This document shows positions 27,101-34,843 of a stretch of 34,843 bases of DNA, piece after piece. The DNA comes from Candidatus Sigynarchaeum calidifontis (GTDB lineage Archaea; Asgardarchaeota; Lokiarchaeia; Sigyniarchaeales; Sigyniarchaeaceae). Every line of letters begins with the position of its first letter. Within the stretch, counting starts at the first letter, position 1. A model generated the notes under the pieces. That model had not been told where the DNA came from, did not search any database, and saw only the letters and a program-made list of their open reading frames with translations. The translations under genes were made by a program, and so were the position numbers. Location: contig JAUQYZ020000113.1 in the NCBI GenBank assembly GCA_030587475.2, positions 1 to 34,843 of the forward strand, written 5' to 3'.

Positions 27101-28800
27101 ACATGACCGGCCGCTATACCTACTCGTTTAGCACGACGGACGGCACGTACAGTGCATCTGCAGGTCCTTATAGCAACATTGTTGTCCACAAGTACTACCC
27201 TATCTTGCCAACTACTGGGTTTTACAATTACACGCTTTCCACGGATTTCCCCACGCATATATCGACGAATCATAACGAATCGTTCGTGGATCTCGGCGGG
27301 GGGTTGGTGTACATCGAATCGACGGAGGACAACCGCACGGTTAACGTGGCCACCCGCGAGATCGTGGACGATCATGGCAGCGGGTTCTACAACGGCACGC
27401 ACGAGCCCATGCGGATTTTCACGAATGTCCAGGTCGGCAGTACCGTGTTGATATCCGTGATCAATTACGGGGACCAGCAGTTCACGATCACGGGTACAGC
27501 GTTTCTCCACGCGATGAACCGGCCGTTCGAGTGCTGGGTTCTTGAATCCCCCGAAGGTAGCATCGCCTATTACGAGAAATATTCCGGGGTGCTCGTGAAC
27601 GGCACGTTCTATTACTACTTCCTCACGATCAAGTTATCGTATTCAATCGTGATCAGGAACACGAGCATTCCGCTCTCGCCAAATGCACACGACCCCGAGC
27701 TTTTCAACGTCATCGTGAACCCCCTGACAGGCGACCAGATGGATTTTTTCAATTTTTACGTGACTTACCGGGATCTCGATAACAATGCTTCCGCTTACGT
27801 ACGCCTGGTTTTCAATGGCGTCACCTACACGATGATCAAGAACGACACGGGGGATAGCAATTACATGGACGGCTGCGTATTCAACTGGACGGTTTCGCTC
27901 CTGCAACCTGGTAATTACCCGTACCGTTTCGAGTGCAGCGATGGTCTTTTCTCGTGCTCTACCACCACCTATACACTCGTCGTGACAGAGACGAATAATT
28001 GGGCACCTGCGCTTGCTTCCCCGGCAGTGTCCCCTGCCAACGGCACCCAAGGCCCTGCGATGTTCACTTTTAGAATTACCTACTCGGACCTTGAAAACAA
28101 CGCGCCGAGATTCGTGAACATGACGCTGAATGGTGCAGTTTATTCAATGGTTAAATCGAACGCATCCGACACGAATTATTTAGATGGGTGCCTATACATA
28201 GTATCTGTTATCTTGCAACCGGGCAATTATTCATACAATTTCACGTGCGCTGACTCGGCGTTCCAATACAGCACGACGACCTACCGGTTAAGAGTGGCCG
28301 TAACGCCGCCACCAGCAGAACTTTCCCCTGAGATGGTCATCATCATCGCCGCGGTCGCGGGCGGCATCGTGCTCATCGCCGTGATCGCTGGAGCGAGTAA
28401 GAAAAAGGCAAAGAAGGCCTCCGTGCCGAAACAACAAAAAGCAACGTCGAAGGGCCGAGAGAAGACGACAAAGAAACTGCCCGACGTGAGCGCTCCTGAA
28501 AGCGCCGCCGTTCCATCGCCCTTGGAATTCGCGGCAATCTCGACCCCGGCCACGGTTCCTGCCGGATCGGGGGTGCCGAGCCTTGGCCGGTTCCAGTGCC
28601 CCTCGTGCGCGAAGGAGTACAAGTTCCAGGTCGCTGATCTCGCATCACATTACACGTGCCCTGACTGCAATCAGCTCTTGCTGCGGCTCGTCATCTGCAC
28701 GAAGTGCGGGACGCCGATGTCGATCACGCAAGAAAAGTTCCCGGAATACGTTGGCAAGAGTCTGCAATGCACGAACTGCAGGAACATCTTCAAGGTTTAA
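24151..28800 (+). CDS. Large cell-surface protein: beta-helix (NosD/CASH-like), tandem repeats, single TM, cytoplasmic double Zn ribbon
   Basis: N-terminal signal/anchor, GIxLxxSxNNxIxxN beta-helix repeats and GNYWSDY. Six A and two B repeats. TM VIIIAAVAGGIVLIAVIAG followed by KKKAKK. Four CxxC at the C-terminus. Confidence 0.9.
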   Translation: MFVKQLRQANFFKKLLLGVGIFSVIIFLSGDDSTTSMKPIYAGKTFPSWISAPIYINGNANLATFCGTNGTGTEGDPYTITYAEITGAGVSGAALYINNTSAYLTIENCTVSGASGDMQVGIYLNNCSHVIVRGCSATENYAGIVVAWSNNVTITGSDASDNAYIGLAITNSSDCNITWNRAIDNALAGIGMASSSGLIISHNNASLNENYGIILSSAGGNTVEENEVTYNRNMGIQLSQSNANSIKHNYVYNNSAGHGIVLDRSNSNNVTQNTASKNNVAGIYVYNSDNNIIDGNIFSYNTDGIILDAGFLQSSQGNQIMMNNVSANDMVGILIGNADSNSITLNNFIGNLVQAYIGASLFNFNINNDWNNTALGNYWSDYTTQYPYATNDGITWNTPRYIINTVSPAPSRAYDYHPLVQQVTLNYHAPALTSRSVSPVTGTLLTSFTFRVTYTDSDNNAPIAISLIIAGNSYPLQKQTPGDVNYMDGCVYFRTMYLPAGIWNFQFSCSDTRFSNATLFSSVTVTSSNIAVPTLVSGDVMPGHGYSDTTVFEFTVIYTDTDNNAPMAINVTVSSTAQNATFAMAKLDPLDTNYVDGCTYVVRTKLTGVANYTYQYHAYDGAFVGTSPVYSGLEVDPYYPIATNGMQCAYEGWVENNMQPRQTISTVEIFTGGPTYFNVASSIQSRTINGRTRVITAISGNQTFKVGSHEPVRIFTDVEIGSKVLIAVVLEQNGDQEFTVTGETEIIAMNRLFKCWVLESPSGSVVYYDTYSGVLVNGTFYSTFLGVNITYSIQLTSTAVLTLAPNTHAPALDFPTYSPSSGTQNTLFTFRVTYTDLDNLGPVSMNVTINGTNYSMVKQDPSDTTYTDGCVYQYSTYLQPGSYVYKFTTSDGVNITTTGTLTGPTVTLSNTRAPTLTGIQANPPSGYNGSTLFSFTITYTDLDNNAPRWLNMTINGTVVVMHKVDPFDSSYTNGCLYTCSIVLNMTGRYTYSFSTTDGTYSASAGPYSNIVVHKYYPILPTTGFYNYTLSTDFPTHISTNHNESFVDLGGGLVYIESTEDNRTVNVATREIVDDHGSGFYNGTHEPMRIFTNVQVGSTVLISVINYGDQQFTITGTAFLHAMNRPFECWVLESPEGSIAYYEKYSGVLVNGTFYYYFLTIKLSYSIVIRNTSIPLSPNAHDPELFNVIVNPLTGDQMDFFNFYVTYRDLDNNASAYVRLVFNGVTYTMIKNDTGDSNYMDGCVFNWTVSLLQPGNYPYRFECSDGLFSCSTTTYTLVVTETNNWAPALASPAVSPANGTQGPAMFTFRITYSDLENNAPRFVNMTLNGAVYSMVKSNASDTNYLDGCLYIVSVILQPGNYSYNFTCADSAFQYSTTTYRLRVAVTPPPAELSPEMVIIIAAVAGGIVLIAVIAGASKKKAKKASVPKQQKATSKGREKTTKKLPDVSAPESAAVPSPLEFAAISTPATVPAGSGVPSLGRFQCPSCAKEYKFQVADLASHYTCPDCNQLLLRLVICTKCGTPMSITQEKFPEYVGKSLQCTNCRNIFKV
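25432..28300 (+). repeat. Intragenic (A-A-B)x2 + A-A repeat array
   Basis: A units (P.L....P..G.....F.F..TY.D.DN......K.D..D..Y.DGC.Y) start at 25432, 25741, 26572, 26884, 27688 and 28000. B units contain HEPxRIF at 26275 and 27400. Period is 1140/1116 nt. Confidence 0.85.
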
Positions 28801-28915
28801 TTTTCACCCTCTTTCTTTTCACTATTCGCATGGCATAGTCCTTTCCTAATACGACGAGAAGGGATAAATCACGCGAGCACGATGCTCTTGACTATCGAGA
28901 GATGAACTGGAAAGA

Positions 28916-30583
28916 ATGATGAACCTCCGTGAAGGCTCAATGTTACCTGAATTGAAGTTACCCCCGGAACGCGCTTACGAGCGTGCCTTGTTCAAGGCAA
29001 TGGGCCGCTCGGACGACGATTTGCAAAAGCCCTTGATCGCCATCGCCAATTCATGGTCCGAGTTGAATCCCGGCCACGTGCATCTGCGGGATCTCGCGGC
29101 CCGAGTCAAGGAGGGCGTGGTCGAGGCCGGCGGTACCCCGCTCGAGTTCAACACGATTGCCTTGTGCGATGGCATTTGCCAGGGCCGCGGCATGCACAGC
29201 GTGCTCCCGTCGCGCGAGGCGATCGCGGCATCGGTCGAGCTCGCCATCAACGCCTACAACTTCTCCGGCGCCGTGATGCTTTGCTCTTGCGACAAGATCA
29301 TTCCCGGGATGCTAATGGCGGCGGCTCGGGTCGACATGCCCGTCGTGTTCGTGCCCGGCGGCATCATGCCGCCCCGGCAGTTTGCGGGCAAGACTTACGT
29401 CACTTGCGATGTCAAGGAGGCCATCGGCGAGTACAACAAGGGCAAGATCACCCTCCAGCAATTCCAAGAGATCGAGGCAAAGACATGTGGCACGGGCGCG
29501 TGCAATATGATGGGAACCGCGTCGACCATGGCTTGTCTCCTCGAGACTTTGGGACTGGCGCTGCCCGGCAGCTCGACCATCACCGCCTTGGACAAAGCCC
29601 AGTTGCAGCTTGCGAAGGAGGCGGGATCGACAGTTATACGGCTCGTCAAGGAGGGAAAAACGTCGAAGGCATTCATCACGAGAGAAAGCATCACGAACGC
29701 CGCCCGCGCGGGCCTTGCATTCGGTGGCTCGTCGAACATGGCATTGCACTTGCCGGCGCTGGCCGCGGAGATCGGAATGGCGTTTGTCATGGACGATTTC
29801 GACAAGCTGAGCAAGGAAACTCCACTCGTCGCCAAGTTCAAACCGGCGTCGCAGTATAACATCAGCGATTTACACGCGGCCGGGGGCGTTCCAGCGCTGC
29901 TCAAGGCGATCGAGCCACTCTTGCACCTCGACACGCCGCGAGTGGACGGCACGACGATGCGCGAGTTCCTGGCGAAAGCAACCATCAAGGACGAAAAGGT
30001 GATCCGCTCGATAGCAACCCCGCTTGCACACGAGGGGGGCCTGGCCGTCCTGCACGGGACGCTCGCCCCCGAAGGGGCGATCGTGAAGCAATCTGGAGTC
30101 GAAGCCGGCATGCTCGTCCACGAGGGTCCTGCCCGCGTTTTTGAATGTGAAGAAGCTGTCAAGGAGGCCTTGCTGGGCGATAAAGTGCACGCCGGGGATG
30201 TCCTCGTGATCCGCAACGAAGGCCCCAGGGGCGGCCCAGGCATGCGCGAGCTCTCGCTCCCCGCGGCCATCCTTGTCGGGATGGGTCTGGGTAATTCCGT
30301 CGCGATGGTCACGGATGGCCGGTACTCGGGCGCGACCCGCGGGCCGTGCATCGGCCACGTGTGTCCCGAGGCTGCGGATGGCGGCCCCATCGCTCTCGTC
30401 CATGACGGTGACCGCATCCATATCGACATCCCACGGCGAACTATCGACTTGCTCGTGCCTGCCAGCGAGCTCGCCAGGCGTAAAGCTGCCTGGAAGCCCT
30501 TGGAACGGCCGGGTTTGACGGGTTTCTTGAAGCACTACGCCGAGCACGTGTCCAGCGCGCGGTACGGGGCCGTGCTTAAGTAG
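28916..30583 (+). CDS. ilvD: Dihydroxy-acid dehydratase (IlvD/Edd family)
   Basis: [43 protein letters not shown] and GHVCPEA. Confidence 0.93.
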   Translation: MMNLREGSMLPELKLPPERAYERALFKAMGRSDDDLQKPLIAIANSWSELNPGHVHLRDLAARVKEGVVEAGGTPLEFNTIALCDGICQGRGMHSVLPSREAIAASVELAINAYNFSGAVMLCSCDKIIPGMLMAAARVDMPVVFVPGGIMPPRQFAGKTYVTCDVKEAIGEYNKGKITLQQFQEIEAKTCGTGACNMMGTASTMACLLETLGLALPGSSTITALDKAQLQLAKEAGSTVIRLVKEGKTSKAFITRESITNAARAGLAFGGSSNMALHLPALAAEIGMAFVMDDFDKLSKETPLVAKFKPASQYNISDLHAAGGVPALLKAIEPLLHLDTPRVDGTTMREFLAKATIKDEKVIRSIATPLAHEGGLAVLHGTLAPEGAIVKQSGVEAGMLVHEGPARVFECEEAVKEALLGDKVHAGDVLVIRNEGPRGGPGMRELSLPAAILVGMGLGNSVAMVTDGRYSGATRGPCIGHVCPEAADGGPIALVHDGDRIHIDIPRRTIDLLVPASELARRKAAWKPLERPGLTGFLKHYAEHVSSARYGAVLK

Positions 30584-30695
30584 TCGCTACGTGTACACGC
30601 GTCGTGTCCCTTCGACTCTCCTTTTTTGGAAACAACACCTGGTTTTTAGGCCAAGAATGCCCTCGATTGCACGTGACAGAAGAAACGGCGATTGC

Positions 30696-31271
30696 ATGAA
30701 GGACAAGAAAAAGGAGCCCACGACGGATGACGGGGATTCCGAGGATCTCGGCGGTATGCTCGGCCAATTCAAAGAAAACATAACCATTTCCAGGGACGAC
30801 GAGGGCATCATCTTGAAATTCAAGGCACTTGCACCTGGCATGACCTTGGAATCGCTCAAGTCGATGATGGAAGGCATGATGGGTGCCGGTGGCAAGGACA
30901 TGCTGAAGCAATTCCAAGACATGATGAGCGCTGGCGAAGACGATGATCTGGAGGATGCCGGTTCTCCCGATGACGAAGATGACGGTGATGACGAGGAAAA
31001 CGGCCCCGGGTTCCGCGTGGAGATACTCGCTGACGGGACGGGGTTGAAACTGATCCCCGATGATCCGGAGCAAATCGACGAGTTTCTCGAATCCATCAAG
31101 GCCATCTTCGATCCAGAGATGTTCCAGAAGATGATGCGGGCCGTGTTCCAGCTCTTCGGGATGCAAGGGCCTGGTGCACCTGGTTCCCTTGAGGGTGGTA
31201 GCCCGCCCAAGAAGGGCGATAAAAAGAAGGGAACGGACACGAACATGACGTGGGATTACTTCTACACGTGA
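30696..31271 (+). CDS. Acidic Met-rich hypothetical protein ending in an HbYX-like motif (FYT)
   Basis: Likely start ATG 30696 (MKDKKK). Internal D/E tract. Paralog of the next gene. T-rich terminator downstream. Confidence 0.8.
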   Translation: MKDKKKEPTTDDGDSEDLGGMLGQFKENITISRDDEGIILKFKALAPGMTLESLKSMMEGMMGAGGKDMLKQFQDMMSAGEDDDLEDAGSPDDEDDGDDEENGPGFRVEILADGTGLKLIPDDPEQIDEFLESIKAIFDPEMFQKMMRAVFQLFGMQGPGAPGSLEGGSPPKKGDKKKGTDTNMTWDYFYT

Positions 31272-31361
31272 ACCGACCTATTTTCTGTTTTTCCCGTTCA
31301 TGACTGCTTTTTTTTCCATACTCGCGCTAGTTATTTAACCCGTCCACGTCTTGATTCGATC

Positions 31362-31826
31362 ATGTTCGGTTCGGATTTCAATTTCGACGGGATCAAGGAA
31401 AAACTTGCCGATCTCAAGGACAAGGTCAAGATCAGCAAAAAAGCGGATTGCGTGATCGTGCGGTTCACCGATCCCGCGCTGGCCGGGGATCCAACCACGG
31501 CGAACCTGTTCAGCCCCGATAAAATCGCCGAGCTCAAGGCGATGATGCCGGATTCGGGCATCCCGGACTTCGAGTTCGAGCCACTGGAGGACGGCTTCAA
31601 GCTCAAGACGAAAGATCCAGCCGGCCTCTTCGACATGGTCTCCAAGATGCTCGATCCGGATTTTCTCCTGGACTTGTTGAAACAAGTGATGGAACTGTTC
31701 ACGAAGGGGATGGGTGATTTATTCGGCCAGCTCGGCAACATGCAAGGCGATGATGCCACTGGCGAAAATAACGGGCCCGAGGACGATGACTCGTCCCCGG
31801 GGGATGACGACCCGGACTTGTCGTGA
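31362..31826 (+). CDS. Acidic hypothetical protein, paralog of 30696..31271
   Basis: Shares K..I.IS.....II.F and F..E.L.DG..L...DP........DP blocks. Acidic tail. Confidence 0.8.
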   Translation: MFGSDFNFDGIKEKLADLKDKVKISKKADCVIVRFTDPALAGDPTTANLFSPDKIAELKAMMPDSGIPDFEFEPLEDGFKLKTKDPAGLFDMVSKMLDPDFLLDLLKQVMELFTKGMGDLFGQLGNMQGDDATGENNGPEDDDSSPGDDDPDLS

Positions 31827-31973
31827 AACCGATCTCACATCTCCGATCATCCCTGTTTCGCTTTGTCATGATATGTGCATGGGCACATCCACGATTCACG
31901 AAAAAGCGATATCTTGATTTTTCAATTGGATCTAATTTACACGTTAATCGATGAACGGGAAGGCGTGACGTTC

Positions 31974-32552
31974 ATGAGCGACGTGACATCAGAATCGCAG
32001 GGACGGTCCGGGCCTGGTGGCTCGAACCATGAAAAGTTGTCTTACTACTTCATCAAGAGCCTGGTATTTCTCGGGTTCTTTTCTTTCTTGCATTTCGCGT
32101 GGGAATTGATGCCGGTTGACGTGGTCTTGTTCTTCAGTGCCAACGACGAGAGCGTGTTCTCGCACACGAAGATGGCATTTTATTCGTGGCTGTTCACCAG
32201 CATCGTGGAGTTCGCGTGGCTCTTGCGGGGTTCCCATGTCGAGGACAAGGTGGCATTCGTGCTCTCGCGGATTTTCGTCGCGGTGATCTTGCCGTGGTTC
32301 GAGGTGATCGTCTGGTACGTGGTTCCGGCCATCGTGAGGGCCGAATTGCCGCTCTCTCTCGAGCTGCCGTGGGCATTCGCCGTCGTCTACATCATAGGCA
32401 TCCTCGGCGGCGTGGTGGAGCGCGTGCTCCAGAAGTCCAAGTTCGACACGTTCACGATGGTCGTCATCCTCGTGCTGTTCGGCTTGTCCGTGTTCTTCTT
32501 CACCGCATTCACGTGGGAAAAACCGTGGATCGACTTCTTTTACCTGCCATGA
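31974..32552 (+). CDS. Membrane protein, DUF6512-like
   Basis: LHFAWE...FSANDESVFSHTK matches my recollection of the HF.YE..NES.WEH.K family motif. About 5 TM helices. ATG 31974. Confidence 0.7.
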   Translation: MSDVTSESQGRSGPGGSNHEKLSYYFIKSLVFLGFFSFLHFAWELMPVDVVLFFSANDESVFSHTKMAFYSWLFTSIVEFAWLLRGSHVEDKVAFVLSRIFVAVILPWFEVIVWYVVPAIVRAELPLSLELPWAFAVVYIIGILGGVVERVLQKSKFDTFTMVVILVLFGLSVFFFTAFTWEKPWIDFFYLP

Positions 32553-32583
32553 GCCATCCCGGTGGCTGCTGCTGATGCCGCCG

Positions 32584-32599
32584 TTTTTTTTTTATTTTT
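32584..32599 (+). terminator. Oligo-T terminator
   Basis: T10-a-T5 run about 30 nt after the stop at 32552. Confidence 0.5.
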
Positions 32600-32660
32600 C
32601 TCGGCATATTATACTTGCCCGGTTACCCGGACGAATGATCACGGGGAGAGAAGAACTCGA

Positions 32661-33686
32661 TCATATCAAGAAGCGAGCCCCGGCGGGCAGCCTGTCCACG
32701 TCGAGAGCGCCCGAGCCCTTGTTCTTGAGATGCAAGTAAAATCGCTCGCCCGAGCAGTGCGTGGGACGGATCACGATTTGTTCAGGTCCCGGCGAGCCTG
32801 CTCCCTCCTTGGCCATCGCCTCGAGGAACGCGAGCTTCCGCTCGATGGCATCCGGCCTGGCGCCGGACATGTGGAAGCCGCCCGCGATGATGCGGATAGG
32901 CTCCTTCACGAGCGTCTTCGCGCGGGCGACCGTGTTCTCGATGCCCGCGTGGCAGCAACCGAGGAGCAGCAACGAAAAAGCGCCTTTCTTCTCGACGATC
33001 AGGGCCTGGTCGTCGGGGAACGTGTCCTTGACGAACTTGCCCTCTTGCTCGATGAGATAGTTGCCCGGGAAAAACTCGGTCTCGTGGATCCTCGGGATCT
33101 CGCCCGTCGTCTTGATCGAGATGCCAAGAGTCTCGTCCTCGTGGATGATGGTCGGATCGGGAGACGCCTCGATCCGGACGCCGAGCCGCTCGAGCGTGGT
33201 CTCGTTGAGCCCCGCATGCTCCTTCAAGACGCCTCGCTTCACGAGGTTCGGGGCTTCGTCGGGATCCAGGGGCAGATGGATCTTTTCCTTGGTATCGAAG
33301 GAATAGCGCTTGGCCAGCGCTGCCGGATGGCACGAAATCACGGGCAGCTTGCCGATCTTGTCCTTGAGCAAGGCGAGGAACGTGACAAGGCCCCCGACAT
33401 GATCGTGATGGCCGTGCGAGAGGACAATGCACGAGATCGTTTCGTAATCGGGTTCCACCGCTTGGATGTTATTCAAGAACGTCTTTTTCACGCCCCCCGT
33501 GTCGAGAATGATGCTCGTGCTCCCTGCTTTCACGTGGCACGAGAAGCCGTGCTCGCCCACGAGGGTCCGCATGAGCGGACGCGGGAACTCGAGAAACCTG
33601 GTGTCGTCCGCCTCGATAAGCGGATCGACGTGGTTGTTGCACGTGACCGTGACCTTGCAAGCGGGTTGATTATTTTCCATCGTCAC
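32661..33686 (-). CDS. MBL-fold metallo-hydrolase (MJ0301-like family)
   Basis: GEHGFS, LDTG, SHGHHDHVGG, PDDQAL, GCCHAGI, GGFH and PTHCSG. Confidence 0.92.
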   Translation of the reverse strand: MTMENNQPACKVTVTCNNHVDPLIEADDTRFLEFPRPLMRTLVGEHGFSCHVKAGSTSIILDTGGVKKTFLNNIQAVEPDYETISCIVLSHGHHDHVGGLVTFLALLKDKIGKLPVISCHPAALAKRYSFDTKEKIHLPLDPDEAPNLVKRGVLKEHAGLNETTLERLGVRIEASPDPTIIHEDETLGISIKTTGEIPRIHETEFFPGNYLIEQEGKFVKDTFPDDQALIVEKKGAFSLLLLGCCHAGIENTVARAKTLVKEPIRIIAGGFHMSGARPDAIERKLAFLEAMAKEGAGSPGPEQIVIRPTHCSGERFYLHLKNKGSGALDVDRLPAGARFLI

Positions 33687-33713
33687 TCGGTGGTGACATC
33701 GGCCGCGTCATTC

Positions 33714-34412
33714 TTATGCTTTTATCAGCGCGAACAAGCTGGCCACTGATGGCACGACGGCGCCGGCGCCGGCCGCCGCGAGCCGCTCGGCGGTAAAGTT
33801 ACCCGTGAGCACGCCGATCGTGAAGCACCCCGCCGCGTTGCCCGCCTTGATGTCGTATTCCGTGTCCCCCACGACGATGCAGCTGGCGGGGGTGAGGCCG
33901 AGGCGATCGCAGCTCTTGAATATCATCTCCGGGTCGGGCTTGCCATTCGTTATGTCCTCGAGACCAACGAAGGCATCGACAAGTCCCGACAAGCCAAGGC
34001 CGTCGATGACGCTGGCGATGGCAATGTTTGAGCTGGACGAGGCGATGCACGTCTTCATGCCGCGTGCTTTCAGCTCCACCAGGAGATCGCGGGTGCCCGG
34101 GAACAAGGCCATGTGCGGGATCTGCTCGATGAAGTACCCGGCCTTGCGCTTGGTGACGCGGGCGATGAATTCCTTGTCGTTCGTCTTGAACAAGATGCCC
34201 GCGATGGTCGTCGTCGTCTTGCCGAACTGGGCGACGATCTCGTCACGCGTGTAGGCGAGGCCGTGCTCGCCAAGGATGCGGTTCCACGCCCTGTAATGCG
34301 CATCGTACGAGTCCAGGATCGTCCCGTCCATGTCCAGGATGATGCCGGCCGCGCCGGAGATGCGTTTCACGATGCAAGCTCGGGCATCGTCGTCGATCAT
34401 CGTCTTTTTCAT
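33714..34412 (-). CDS. HAD-IA family hydrolase (beta-PGM/phosphoglycolate phosphatase-like)
   Basis: LDMDGTILDS, ASS, KPDP and VGDTEYD. Confidence 0.93.
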   Translation of the reverse strand: MKKTMIDDDARACIVKRISGAAGIILDMDGTILDSYDAHYRAWNRILGEHGLAYTRDEIVAQFGKTTTTIAGILFKTNDKEFIARVTKRKAGYFIEQIPHMALFPGTRDLLVELKARGMKTCIASSSSNIAIASVIDGLGLSGLVDAFVGLEDITNGKPDPEMIFKSCDRLGLTPASCIVVGDTEYDIKAGNAAGCFTIGVLTGNFTAERLAAAGAGAVVPSVASLFALIKA

Positions 34413-34843
34413 CCAATGAATTAATCTTCTATGAAATAAACCCCTTTCTCATTTTAACTTACGCCTAAGGCTATAAGGTTTAGGACGGCTTTCCGTGGGG
34501 TAGATAAAGGTCAGTCAATACCATGCACGAGCGAAAGTTCTCCTAAATCAAGTAACCCACCAATACCTTCACAAATCTTCTTTATTGCACGTCGTGATCG
34601 TGGCTTGTACTGTCTTGACCAAGACAAAGAAACCACAACCAAGTTAACACCAGCGCTCGCGCGCCCTGCCATCGCTTTATAACCCTTTCGGAAGAAAGCC
34701 TCCGATCGATGGTAAGTTTTTTACCTATCGCGCCGCCCGTGGAAATGCTTAAATGCGCATGCGCCCCCTCGCTACCCCAAGGTGGTGCGGTTCACCATGC
34801 TCACGGGACACCCACGCGCGGCGGAACGGAGCCGGCCGGCGCT

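Noticed and set aside
25432-28300. CRISPR or diversity-generating retroelement repeats
   Set aside because: The repeats are in-frame protein domain duplications diverged at all base types. There are no spacers and no reverse transcriptase.
29395-30429. 344-aa minus-strand ORF
   Set aside because: Antisense shadow of ilvD in GC-rich sequence.
32562-33749. 395-aa plus-strand ORF
   Set aside because: Antisense shadow of the MBL hydrolase.
34740-34843. GC-rich tail as a structural RNA (SRP, RNase P, tRNA)
   Set aside because: No diagnostic motif is visible. It fits equally well with a TATA-like box, a GGTGG element and ATG 34797 of a truncated CDS, and is too short to call.

Overview
Gene-dense 34.8 kb window that reads as archaeal, most likely an Asgard archaeon related to Lokiarchaeota or Sigynarchaeota. 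That assignment is an inference from TATA-like promoters, oligo-T terminators, DUF354 and MJ0301-like genes, a stand-alone 7TM protein and a sequon-rich surface protein. The main feature is a translationally coupled cluster at 3366-12352: hexapeptide acyltransferase, acyl carrier protein, acyl-AMP ligase, Fe-alcohol dehydrogenase, LuxE and LuxC, with an adjacent phosphopantetheinyl transferase, a DUF354 GT-B-like protein and an NDP-sugar epimerase. This gene set parallels the Vibrio cholerae O1 wbeKLMNO (rfbKLMNO) module, proposed to make the tetronate acyl group of the O-antigen. It suggests an ACP-dependent acyl-sugar modification pathway in an archaeon. Other notable items are two paralogous polytopic membrane proteins with a GH18-like DxE barrel flanking an HTH regulator and a 7TM gene, a 1549-aa beta-helix/repeat surface protein with a cytoplasmic double Zn ribbon, a tandem winged-helix protein, and a tandem paralog pair in which one member ends in an HbYX proteasome-docking-like motif. 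The remainder is housekeeping (ABC exporter, class II aldolase, cupin, GNAT, NTase, ilvD, MBL hydrolase, HAD). No rRNA, tRNA, CRISPR array or transposase was recognised. All family calls come from motif recognition, not database searches.
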